DNA of 64,000 bases from Octopus sinensis (Eukaryota): NCBI RefSeq assembly GCF_006345805.1, contig NC_043010.1:21824001-21888000 (forward strand), given 5' to 3'. The position numbers were made by a program, and so were the translations under genes. Positions 49,157 through 61,971 of the stretch are shown in pieces. The notes under the pieces were generated by a model, which did not search any database, was not told the origin of the DNA, and was given only the letters and a program-made list of their open reading frames with translations. The number at the start of each line of letters is the position of its first letter. Within the stretch, counting starts at the first letter, position 1.

Positions 49157-49710
49157 GAGTGAGAGAGCAGTTCATGCCATCACAGTGACACTGGGGTAAA
49201 ATATACGAAGCCCAATATACCCATCATGACTACCCGTCTGATAAAGGTACACCAGGCACATGCATCACAACCATATGTGCGCGACATGGCGATCTCATAT
49301 CAAGATGAACAGCACATGACCTTGCAGGTGGGGCCCAGTTAGAATTTTCTTCAGGTTGAGCGGCCCATCCTGCTCAAACGGTCCCTGAATAAGGGTTGCT
49401 TTAGGATGTTGAACGAAACACCCATGTTTCCAGAGGTGAACCATTCAAACTCCAAAGAATCCCTCTCAACACATGGCCATGATGCTCCCCCACTACGTCT
49501 GCTCGTGATCAGAGATGCACATATCGTCAGCCACTAAGGGACATGCTCAACTGGTTAAGGTCAAACAACAGACAAACAAATCTGTGGTATTGAGCAGAAT
49601 ATTTGCTGTAGCCCATCTTTTATACCAAGACAAAACAATGTACATGATAACACTTCCAATCAGTTAAGATCAAAAGCCATGAGAGCCAATGCCTGGTACT
49701 GCATCAGGGC

Positions 49711-49714
<4 letters not shown>
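48542..49714 (-). mobile_element. Two apparently identical tandem copies of the 558-bp element, separated and flanked by (TAT)n
   Basis: 48542-49099 and 49157-49714 share the same private variants and are the reverse complement of 17864-18421. Confidence 0.92.
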
Positions 49715-49761
<47 letters not shown>

Positions 49762-50128
49762 TATTATTATTATTATTATTATTATTTTCTTTTACATAAA
49801 GTTATTTTTCCCGCCCACTTATATAAAACATTGCACAACCAATTGATATTTCTGTCGTTATTATATCTATATCTGCGAGTGCGATACAGGATCGATGAAA
49901 AATATTAAGATCAAAACGTATGGCAAGTTAACTTCAGTGTCTGATGAACTGATGAAAGCAATGAAACGATGTTAGTGGTGGAGGAAATGTCATTTCCTCA
50001 CCGCATGTCGTCATTTCCTCACGGATACACACACACACACACACACACAAACATATATCTACATATACATATACATCTCTACGGATAAATTTAACAATCA
50101 TTATATATATATATATGTATATATATAT

Positions 50129-50306
50129 AATCAAAATAAATAACAGGATACCCAGAGGTGATGCAGTACGACCGTTTCAAGCGGTTCTATTTAACTGAAC
50201 AATGCAATCATTACTTCACGATTGCATTGTTCAATTAAATGCATCCCCTTGAAACGTTCGTACTGCATCGGGTCGTACTCTGGATATCCTTTTGCTTATT
50301 TTGATT
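50129..50306. repeat. Imperfect inverted repeat (about 80-bp arms, 10-nt loop)
   Basis: AATCAAAATAA...GATGCAGTACGACCGTTTCAAG...TGAACAATGCAATC pairs with GATTGCATTGTTCA...CTTGAAACGTTCGTACTGCATC...TTATTTTGATT. Confidence 0.8.
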
Positions 50307-50661
50307 TTATTCACCTTACTTTGAAGTTGTACGGATAATACCTGTCTAATTTTTGGGGCTTCAACTTAAGTACCTAATTCATCTGAATCTCAATTATTTT
50401 ACTATATATATATATATATAGTTTGAGTGTCCAAAGATAAGACAGAGTTACTGGAAATCGTTAGAACCACGGCTAGGGTTTTAGCTATTATTAATTTTGG
50501 AAGACATAATGATTGGAAATTAGCTCAAAGGCAATAGAGATAGTCGAAGGTACGGTGAGCAAGGAGGAGAAAGTAGGGGGAGGAGAAAGAGACGAAAGAC
50601 AAGCCACAGGAGAGGAAGGAATATTCCTCTTCTTATCCTTCTTCCTCTTCCTCTTATTCCT

Positions 50662-50664
<3 letters not shown>

Positions 50665-50735
<71 letters not shown>

Positions 50736-50758
50736 CATTATTATTATCATTATTATTA

Positions 50759-50831
<73 letters not shown>

Positions 50832-50945
50832 TTTATTTATTGCCTTTGCACAGCTTCTAACACGTACTACGGTGCTAGCTGTTCACTACCGGTGAACTAA
50901 GGTAACACCTCTTATTTTTCGTGCTTTCTTCCTTATTGCATACCT
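50665..50945 (-). mobile_element. 3' tip of the second Dong-type family plus its (TAA)n tail
   Basis: GCTGTTCACTACCGGTGAACTAAGGTAACACCTCTTATTTT is the reverse complement of 18815-18860. The (TAT)n tract at 50665-50830 lies 3' of it on the minus strand. Confidence 0.8.
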
Positions 50946-51059
50946 TGTTGTCAGCTGGGCATGCTATATTTATGATAGATACATACATACATTTACACAT
51001 ACACACATACATTTATTTTTGAGGTCATAAAAATTTGTAACTTTTTATATGTACTTTTT

Positions 51060-51460
51060 GAAGTACAAATGAAACGACCAACAGCATCACGGAAATGTTT
51101 GGGTGAAGACCTTTCAGGATAGACAAGGGCCTTACAGCCATCCTTGATCACAAGAGCAAATACGACGCACGAAATATTGATAGCATATTCTATCCTGTGA
51201 ATTAATAACACACTCGTTCCTTCCTCGTATAATTCTACCACTACCAACAGCTTGTCTTCTCCTCGGATAATGCTAAACCACATGTCACCTCACACACTTG
51301 TGACACAGTATGTTGTGTACATGCACTAAATACCCACAACTACAACTAACTACACCCCCAGAACGCTGGGCCCTGGATACTACTATACTACGAAATAATT
51401 TCAGCTGTCAAGTTTCATTATTCGAAAGGAACATTAATCGTCTCAATCTCACTGGACTTA
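51060..51460 (+). mobile_element. Highly decayed Tc1-like transposase remnant
   Basis: NVWVKTF.DRQGP... and QLVFSSDNAKPHVT resemble the Tc1 VWG and FQQDNA.PH motifs. Confidence 0.5.
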
Positions 51461-52286
51461 CAGAACCTGTGAAGATTATGCTTCCATATACTTTCTGCAG
51501 ACTAAAACAAAAATGAAACAATAAACCAATTTATCCTGCTAGAGTTTGCACGCAAATATATTTTCTGCAGCTATATCTAATCTGCAAATCACTTCTTTTG
51601 AATGTTAATGAACATTTTTTTTCAAAAATCCCATTCTTCTTTTTCTAAATAGACAATTTTGTCAATTTTGATCTTCATATATTTCCAAAGAGCATTAGTG
51701 ATGAAAGAGAGAAGTGTATTTCTTTGAAATGCAGAATATAACTCATATTAGGAAGCTGTGTCAGCAACAGGCTATTACAAACCACGAAAAATAAAAATAT
51801 GAATTTTACATAAACGAGAACTGACACTAGTTTTGAACTCGGATTGTCTATTATTTCTCTTTTACAATACTCACAAGCCTGATGTTAGTACGTTGAAAGC
51901 TATGCAATCGTAATGGTAACTAATTTTATGAAATATAGTTGTCCATAGATACCGTATATAATATATTTATGTGTGTATAGAAATCGTACTTTTAGCGATA
52001 ATTCATTTCCTCCGTATTCCAGGTCGTATTTTATGTTGTTAGCTTTTTATATGAAAGCTTTATTCGACAAACGAATCTCTCTACCGTTATTTGACATGTT
52101 ATCCATTCAATTCACTATTATTTTTCCCTCTCTCCCCCTCACACTGTGGTTTCCACACTTTCATTACAAATTTCTTTGAAAATCTGATTCAATAGTCAGT
52201 GAGATTGGAATTTTCTTCTATCACGAATCTTTCAATATGCATATATATATATGATACATTACTACACGATACAAAATATGATATGC

Positions 52287-52364
<78 letters not shown>

Positions 52365-54511
52365 ATGTATATACATATATATATTTATATATATGTACCT
52401 GTATCTATGTATATTTATAAATGTATATGTATGTGTTTGTATTTTTATATCTGCCTCTGTGTGTATGTGTGTGTAAGTGTGACTTTGTTTGTGTGTGTGT
52501 GTGTATCACCTAGAAACCCACAATTTTTGCCCCTGACTGTTAAAACACACAAAAAGATTATTCTCCAAAACAAGTTTTAGTTTCTTCGCACGAAATTATA
52601 ATTTTTTTCTTCATGCATTTACCATATCAGAGATTTAGATTTTCTTTCGCATTTTTTTCATTCATTCTAAAGATGATTTCAATGGAAGAACATATCTTTC
52701 TAAAATAAGCAAAGAAACTAAAAGATGTCTCAGCTATAGAATTCTTTATTCTTTCAAAACTAATAGAAAACGAAGTCTTCAATAAATTATAATTTATTAC
52801 ACAATGCTACTAACTACGGTATGAGATCGGAAGATATAAGAAACATATATCAGGAATGAATATCTTCTTCTCTTTTTTTCTTCTTTTTACTCTCAGTGAG
52901 TTAAAAAATAATCAATAAAAAATTTCTGATGTGGAGTTGTCACCTTTAGAAAGTAGATTGAGAAAAACATTTGTTTCGTTTAGAATTGTGTCTGAGATAG
53001 AAATACAACAGTGTGCATCTTTACACAATGATTTCTTCTCTAACGTTCATTGAGGTACTAACGTTATAATGGCTTCAGAATGTACAAAACTTCTAAATTG
53101 TTGTTATAACAGATAAATCTATATTAGGCTTTTGTACATGTTTCGAAAGAATCTATCGCCATATAAAACTCATATATGTAGAGAACGTCTATATCTAGAA
53201 AAAAAAAACAAGAAAACAAAAAAAGAACAGAATCAGAAACAAAAACAAACTGGTAATGTCTTTGCAACTTTCTGTAGATACAATAAATTTGAATTATCGG
53301 AATGCAATTCGAATGTTCAGAACAAAGAAAAAACGAAAAGAAGAAAGATGCGGATGAGAATATAGATACTCCCGTACACTCAGAGACACACAGACACACA
53401 CAGGCACACACATATCGTGATAACTAAAATATTGTTTCTATATTTATTATCAAAGAAAACGATAGGCAAGTTGCGAATAATAGAAATGATATGTAATATT
53501 ATTTTGTGAAACAAGGATATATACTTGCATTAAAAATGGATTTGAAATACTACAGCAGCAATAATCTGAAGCCTTGCCTTTCAATAAAGATGGCTACAAT
53601 TGTCGTTAAAAGCACCAAAGATATCCTCATTTATTTGAGGGTGGGAAAACATTTTGTCTTTATGGATATTTTGAGTCGCTTTTATTTTTTGAGCAAGGAC
53701 ATATGAAGGTTAGCAACCGACTTTTAACGCATTTAATGAGATACTAAAGTTTCTGCTTACAAGTGTCTATGAAGTGTCTGTAATATACAGTATTTTTACT
53801 AACATGAAATCAAAATGAACGAATCAATAAAAAACCACGCCAGGGCTCACAATATATATATATAAATTAATTAATTAATAAAAAAATTACAGCAAAAAAG
53901 TTTGTACCTTACAATTGGTAAACAGACACAAGTTTAGACAGGAGCTATGAAAATAATAGCAAATTCAGAGCAGCCGTTTATTGGGAAATCAATGTAAATG
54001 TGTAGCAAGTTAGCGACTGTATCATGATTTTACAATGTTCTACATTGAGAACTAATGGCGTGGTTGCTCGCCTTACTAGAAATAACAGCTGCATCATTTT
54101 AAATAACAATACGAAGGAATATATTGGATAATGCAATATCAGAAATGTGTAGAACAAATGAAAAGAAGGTCATATCTATAAAAGCTTTCATCATAGTTGT
54201 GTTTATTGAAGATGTCCCATGTTACACAGTAAAAATGTATTGCATTACCTATAGGCATACATTGAAAGAGTTTGTAATGCTTTGTTCATCCTGTTTATTT
54301 CTTAAAATATCTATGGTGCATGTGTTTACATCAGCTTTTGTGTTCAATATCAGAAATGAGATAACATCAGAAATTGAAACGCCGGTATACACAGTTAAGT
54401 CAGTGTAGAATTAAAATGGCCATCTTTGATGGTTATGATGATGTTAGTTCTACGTGTCCAAAGATCATGCATAAGAGTGGCAATTTCTGAAGTTGCTATG
54501 GAAACCTACGT

Positions 54512-54836
54512 GGAGGCATGTGGTTTAGTGGTTAGTGTATTCCACTCACGTTTGTAAGGTCGTGAGTTCGATTACCGGCGGCGAGTTGTATCCTTGGACA
54601 AGAAATTTTATTTCCCGTTCCTCCAGTCCACTCAGCTGGCAAAAATGAGTTTTACCTGAAATTCAAAAAGGCCAGCCCTGTCGCGTTCTGTGTCACGCTG
54701 ATTCGCCCTGCCAACTATGATAAGGGAGTGCATGTCTGTGGGGTCTTCAGCCATTTGCAAGTTAATTTCACGAGCAGCCTGTTCCGTTGATCGGATCAAC
54801 CGGGACCTTCGTCGTCGTAACCGACGGAGTGCCACT
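54512..54836 (+). mobile_element. tRNA-derived SINE family E, full length
   Basis: GGAGGCATGTGGTTTAGTGGTTAG...GTGAGTTCGATTACC head, TCCTTGGACAAGAAATTT...CCAGTCCACTCAGCTGG core, tail GTCGTCGTAACCGACGGAGTGCC. Confidence 0.88.
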
Positions 54837-54879
54837 TGGACGTAAACCAATCCTTGAAAAACAAACTCTGAAGCACTTA

Positions 54880-55430
54880 AGTTTGGCTCAGATGGAACTC
54901 GCGATTATGACTTTTTCTTTCTTTGACATTTCTCATCCTCTGCAGTTGCTCTGGTCGCCTCAAATTTGCTTGCTGCGGTCCGAATATAGCTTTATCACAA
55001 CTTCTTCTGTGTCGCAACCATCTCCAATCATGTGGAGTCTGTCCATGCCTGGGTGATCTGGTGTTTTAGCTGGTCTTTGAAACGCTTCAAAAGAGCGCAT
55101 CTGCCTCTTTTGCCCTGGTTGATCTCCATGCCGAATATAGCATTTGGTATTTTGCATTTGTCCAATAACAAGATATGGCCTACCAGTCTGAGTTCTCTGC
55201 GCAGTGGCCTAGTTTCAACTCTCGTGATGCTGATCTGTTGAAGAACTTTGTCATCGGTGATGTGTTTCTCCCATGATAGGCCTATGATGGAGCGTGGCCA
55301 TCTTTGGTGAAAGTGTCCGAGGAATTTTTACTTGCTTCCTGTACAGCACCCAAGAATCTAATTCATACGGTGAATAGTGATGACAACTTCTTTGCAGACT
55401 TTGATCCTAGTGGACAGGTGTAAGTGCATA
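54880..55430 (-). mobile_element. RTE-clade LINE C-terminal fragment
   Basis: FLGHFHQRWPRSIIGLSWEKHITDDKVLQ...LRLVGHILLLD..KIPNAIFG...GKRGR..LKRFKDQLK. Confidence 0.8.
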
Positions 55431-55649
55431 TACGATTCTGCAGGAATCAAGGAAGCTTTTGAGTTTGGCAGTGCGGATGTCAACGTCCTTTTTATAGGCT
55501 ACAACCTTAGAAATACTATTTTCCATAGAGTTTTGAAGGTATATTGGCCGAATATGATCTCGAATAACCAAGGCTAACGTGAAACCAAAAAGAAAAACTA
55601 TTGATGCAAGGAGATAGAAAAGGCTTGGTCGAGTTTGTCGCTATAAACC

Positions 55650-55850
55650 GAGCTTAATTTTTGGGATCGCTTTGGATTCCACAAGGCAAAAGGAGACGTG
55701 GCCAACCAAAAGAAACTTGGGAGAGAACAATAACAAAAGAGCTTAAAAGCATAAAATTAACAATGGAACAAGCTGTCAAGGATGTTCACAGTGTTAGAAG
55801 GTGGAATGATCCTGCTGCCATCTCAAGTGCCACAAGGACAATGAGAACTA
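55650..55850 (+). mobile_element. RTE-clade LINE 3' tip
   Basis: WIPQGKRRRGQPKETWERTITKELK...RRW. Confidence 0.75.
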
Positions 55851-56179
55851 AAGGGACGAATATAAATGAAGTGTTTGTCTGTATTAAGGGAGAGCCATTC
55901 AATGCTGATTTGCTGAGTGTGGCATTTAGCGGTTTAGGCAACAGCACGTCTGTTGTCTTCAGACTGCGGATGCAACCAAAGAACTTAACTTCCTTAACAA
56001 TACTAGATATGGCTGTCTAAAAGGCCACATCTGAGTGCACTAGAAGGGCTGTTATATACAAGCAGGGGTTAAATTGAGGGCTCCTCACGAGAGCAAGGAG
56101 TCAGCGAAGGTTGAATACATTCCCGTCAATGCAGAAACAGATATAAAAGCCCTGGTGCAAGTCACGCTTAGCTACTTAC

Positions 56180-56188
56180 AGCATCATA
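56180..56188 (-). CDS. Candidate 9-nt microexon (TATGATGCT)
   Basis: Minus strand GTATATATCTTCTTCAG|TATGATGCT|GTAAGT; frame-preserving length. Confidence 0.35.
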
Positions 56189-56619
56189 CTGAAGAAGATA
56201 TATACATAGGCATCCATACATCAACCTACGTCATTTCGTGTCTGCTTTTCTTGTTTTTATATAAATTTATAGAAAAATGAGCCTACGTTGGTCTCAGCAC
56301 ATATATTTAAGCGTATAACAGCTTAAAATCACATAAAAACCAATATTAAAGAAGTAAATGAAATGGAATTCATGTGATAATATGTGCAAATGGTTTTATT
56401 TTTAAACAGAAAAAAGTCAAAAAAACTTTTAAAATTTACATATTTGCAATGTTAACACAGATCTAGATGGCTTTCGGGACCGAGAATTGCAACATTTCTC
56501 TCCGAACTAGTGTTGTAGTTCGTAACTAGGAAATTCAAACGTGTACATCTCTTTACTTTGTAAAAATTTGTGGAATTTTCTCATATAAAATGCCTTCATC
56601 AAGAAATCTCCTACAGTTA

Positions 56620-58300
56620 AATCTATTTCAGGTGAGCCCTAGTGGAGATTAAGTGGGCCTTCGTGGAGGATAAATTGGCACTCAGCAAACGTTATGAAAA
56701 TGTGAAATGGTGGTACTGATAGCCCGTGCTTATGACCTAAGTTGGACAACGTTATCTACAATTATTTATTAAAAGGAAATGATTTCAAGTCACATCAAAG
56801 ACATCAGCTCTAGGTATGAAGGGAACCGTAAAAGCTAAGAAAAGAGCGAAATCATCGAGGAAACGTTACGGGTGCTTTTACCAATTTGAACGGCAGACTC
56901 GTCATTGTATCGCCATAAACTATATGATAAATTAAAGGAATGACGATTTCATTAAAAATGACGTTAAGAAGTATCCTGATGATGTGGCAGAGTATTTCAA
57001 AATCCGTTCATGATGATTTGTGCGATTCAAGCAGTGACACAGTCTGCATAATGTTATGATCGAAGACGAGAATGCATCGACGAGCGCAGTGCAGTGGCCG
57101 AGCTTCCTGCAGCATTGGCGAAGATTATTGAAGAAAACAGCTTTATTTCGTAGCGATTTTTTAATGCATATGAAAATGAGATTTCCTGGTAAAGAATGTC
57201 AGATCAGTCCTTTCTAGCCAAGGACAAGTCTCTGCTTGGATTTAAGCTCCCTAAAGATGGTTTGACTCGTATATTAGAAGACAATTGATCGGGAGTAATG
57301 TAAGTTAAGGCCTCTCTGAGTTTAGAATGTAGCAATTCTAAGTGCACTTAAGAACATCCCAAAGGCAATTATATAGGTGACTGTCGTATACTTGAATCTT
57401 TTGTTCTAGCAGTCGAGACGTTCTGTAAAGTGTAGTAAATTCCATTCAAATATTTTCAATTCAGACAACGCTCTTCACCATTGACAAAGCGTCATTGACT
57501 TTCACCCTGATATCACCGTCGTGTACCTATACGAAAGCAGCACTCCTTTACTGCAACCTGGAGCAGGATATCATTTCTAACTTCAAGTGTTACTATCAAA
57601 GAATTGTGCTCAACTTGTAGCAGCAACAGAGATGAAGATAAGCTCCACATTCTGTGACTTTTGTAAGACAAGGAATTTGCAAGGCCATTCTTAATATAAA
57701 TCCAACATGGAAGGATGTGCCAGTAACGGGTATGAATGCTATGTGGAAGAAAACCTGTCCCTAATTTGTGAATGATTTCAAAAGTTTTGACATTTCTGAT
57801 GTAAACACGACATTGGTTGCGTTGTAGAGAGAACTGAACATGGATTTGACGGAGGTAGATTTCGTTGCATAAAATGATGCTGAAATGCAAAAATTTATGC
57901 ATCGTAAAACCACTCATAACTAAAAAGTAAGAGTTTCATGAACAGCAGCATAAAGAGTAAGTGCAGCAACCGGACCAGGACCACGACATTTGAATATCAA
58001 CAAAATGGAGCGAGTGTTTGCACATAGAGAAAGACCAATAGCCTTTATTTTTGTTGTTGAGGAAATGGATCCTGAAGCCTTCCTTTTGATACTATTGGAG
58101 TGCAGTTCTGGATGCTTCTGTATCCTGGATGACACGAAGAATAAAACTGAACACAACTTCGTACTACACGTTCAAAGTCGATCTTCTGAAATTGGTGATG
58201 GCAGTCCGATAACTTCGACTTCAGTATCAACATTGAAATCCTCGATTTCCCCGCCAAATCCTCTTTTCGCAAATCAAAAACATCGGCCTCTTCAAGCAGG
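56620..58300 (+). mobile_element. Decayed pogo/Tigger-like DNA transposon
   Basis: Successive remnants: VEDKLALSKRYEN (HTH), LAKIIEEN..FNA.E..FW.RM.D.SFLAKD, DNAL.H, LLQP..Q.IISNFKCYY, MNAMWKK. All frames are broken and TIRs were not resolved. Confidence 0.8.
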
Positions 58301-58802
58301 ATATTTTTTTATATAACCGAATGTTTTTTTTTGTTTTTGTTTTTTCATATTTTTATTTACATGGTTAAAGTATAGTCATGGCAGATGGAAGTCATTTTAA
58401 ATTGAATTTCAATGAAATTTCAATGCATTCTATGTCTGTGTTACGTCATTTTTCGAGTTAAGTCCCATGCCTTAGAACCAATTACCGAGGCAAGTCTATG
58501 CATACCTGTACATACATGCATACATACATACATACATACATACATACATACATAAACGCATACATACATACATACATAAACACATATATGTATATATACA
58601 TATATATGTTTATGTATGTATGTATGTATGTATACATATCTGCACCGAGAAGAGGGACAGCTATGTGACCATCAAAGTTAAGAAAAGAAAAATGGTTCTG
58701 GTATATTCATATCGTAAGCATTCTCTGATTAATTAACTTTTAGCAGTAATGAAAAAAAATCTAATTCTATGTGCCTATGTATCAATATGAATTATGTAAA
58801 TA

Positions 58803-58854
<52 letters not shown>

Positions 58855-59050
58855 ATATACAGATAAAGTACCTGTGACTGTCTATGTGTGCGCACATCTG
58901 TGTGCATGTACGTGTGTTATATCCATATATTAATAAGATTTAGCATTTTATATAGATTATGAGATTAAATTATATTTGCATACATACATTTATAATAGAT
59001 ACATAGATACAAATATACATGTATATATACATACATACGTATATATATAC

Positions 59051-59096
<46 letters not shown>

Positions 59097-59671
59097 ATAT
59101 ATAAATACATACATACATACATATATATATGTATTCGCACAACTACATGAATATTCCAGGTGTGTAAGCGCTTCTAACAGAACGTAATTTGTCAACGTCC
59201 CCCACAATGCTACTGTGGATGCTGTTGAGGGAGGTTATTCGGAAGATAAATTCCCATTTAGAGCGTTATCAATGCACTTTCGAATTTCCTCTGGGGAAGT
59301 AGATAAGTAAAATCGATGTGCATTGCAAGGTATTGATTGTAGAGATTAGCTGCGGTCGTGAATAAAATATTCGATATGCACAGATCGCCACAAAGAGTCT
59401 TGTTTGTGATAAAGCATCTTGGCTATAAACTCCATCAATCTGACACACGTATTTCACAGAAATGCATGAAGGTAATACCGATGTATTTACATTAAGCAAC
59501 GGGCATAGCATTAATCAGCTCAGCTCTGAGAGACTATGATGAATATCATAATAATGGTGCTCTTATCACTCGCAAGCTTTCTCTCTTTCTCACACTCTCG
59601 CATTTTCTCCCTCAGCACATACAAATACACGTATAAATGCATACACGCATATACATACATACACACACACC

Positions 59672-59708
<37 letters not shown>

Positions 59709-59715
59709 AATATAC

Positions 59716-59795
<80 letters not shown>

Positions 59796-59860
59796 CGTGT
59801 AGTTATATATAGGTATGAACATATCTATCTGTGTATGAATATATATGCATACGTGTGTGT

Positions 59861-59905
<45 letters not shown>

Positions 59906-60278
59906 TTTATATATATGTACAAGGATACACAGATATACCGCACACGTATACACGTGCATACACACACGCACACATATATATGTATAATTATGTATTATAA
60001 TATAATATATTGCAAAGATTAACCTCCAAATTGCGAAATTGGATCTTTGGTGTTTGATCTGATTGCAATAAACAACAAATAAAACTAGAAACGTCGCAGT
60101 TTGAATAGAAATACGTTCTTTATCTTATGACTAATGGCACTCGGCTAAAACCATGCTGCGCAAAAGAAGAATATGAAAGGCCTCACACGCCTTGATAAAT
60201 CGTTCATATACAAAAATACATACAAGCCTTGATAATATATAAATAGATAGACACACATACACACATATGTATTTATAT

Positions 60279-60334
<56 letters not shown>

Positions 60335-60431
60335 GTATTTATACATATATAAACAAATATATATATACATGCACACATATATATATACATTCATATATAC
60401 ATACACACACACACACACATATATATATGTG

Positions 60432-60462
<31 letters not shown>

Positions 60463-60471
60463 GTATATATG

Positions 60472-60502
<31 letters not shown>

Positions 60503-61329
60503 GTATATGTATATATATACATATGTATATATGTATATGTGTTATTAATATATACCCCTATTTATGTCTATATACCATTCACTATAGAATTTCCTTCTAA
60601 AATACAAAATTTATTTGCTAATCACGTAATTACAAAAATTAATCGACACTAATTAGAACCTCACGATTCTAAACAAGTAGCGTTGCAGAAATCCAAATAC
60701 ATTATGTACGTCATTTGAAAAATGTCGTAAACTTTCTGAAAATAAATCAATTTTAAATTGCTTCACACTACCGAGTTTTTTTTTTCATAAACTGTAAGTT
60801 TTGTTCATGTTTTTGTTTTTACTGTTGTTACCTTGTTATTGCAGCTCTAATTAAATCATTAGGCGATTGTTTCATCATTTATTCAGAATAGTATTATCTA
60901 TATTATCTACATCGGTTGATAATAGAGCATGAATATTTATCGTGTAAACATACATATCTGCATATTAATTTATTCACATTGTGCCATGATAATTTCAAAT
61001 GTGAGATATGCAATTTTTATAAAAATAAAAAAAAAGCTAACCATTTTTCCTCGTTTTGAAAACTAAATAATTTCGACAGAAGATGTATGTCCCTGTGTAC
61101 ATAAAATATAGGATCTATATGGCATGTTTCTAGTTTTGCTTTAAACTTACCAGTGAAAATATTACGAATGCTTTCTTCATGAAAAGATTTGTAGCTTACT
61201 TTCCACCTGTTAATTATGCATGTACGTATGTATGTATGTATGTATGTATGTATGTACGTATGTATGTATGTATGTATGTATGTATGTACGTACGTATGTA
61301 TGTGTGTATGTTCCCGCGAAAGTGGCAAG

Positions 61330-61901
61330 AACACTTTGATGAACTTTCGAATTAGCAGTTAGTGAGGATGTTCTCAATCTCATCAGGATTACCTGTGAAG
61401 GCAGCACTCGCAGAACCACCAAAGTTGGAAGAAGGTGCAATGGCTGTCTCAAGGTTGAATAATGGGAAGTCTCCGGGTATGGATGGCATATATGCGGAGT
61501 TGTTACAGCATGGTGGAGATCAACTTCTGCAGCAACTTCACTCTTTGTGTGGTAAGATATGGACTACCGTACCTGAGGACTGGAGAGATGCAGTAATGGT
61601 GGTCCTGTATAAGGGAAAGGGCAACTGGAATGATTGTGGTAATTATAGGGAAGTATCATTGCTGTCTGTCGTAGAAAAGCTTTTATGCAGGGTACTTCTG
61701 GATCGTCTGCTGAAATACATTGCAGATTGTGTTCTTCCAGAAAGTCAATCTGGCTTTCGTGTGATACATGTCACTGCTGATATGATCTTTTCAGCTGGAC
61801 AGCTTCAGGAGAATTGTGTGGAACAGGGTCTGGATTTGCATCAGGTTTTTGTCGATCTGACAAAAGCCTTTGATACCGTCAAAAGAAAAGCATTGTGGAA
61901 A
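61330..61901 (+). mobile_element. RTE (BovB-like) LINE fragment, RT domains 0-3
   Basis: ORF 61362-61904 NGKSPGMDGIYAELL...WRDAVMVVLYKGKG...CGNYREVSLLS...LPESQSGFR...FVDLTKAFDTV. Confidence 0.92.
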
Positions 61902-61906
61902 TAATG

Positions 61907-61942
<36 letters not shown>

Positions 61943-61971
61943 TAATAATATAATAATAATAAATAATAATA
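61902..61971. repeat. (TAA)n tract at the RTE/Dong junction
   Basis: Direct read. Confidence 0.95.

Noticed and set aside
54124-54408. 94-aa plus-strand ORF and its antisense frame
   Set aside because: No recognisable domain and no consistent splice pair.
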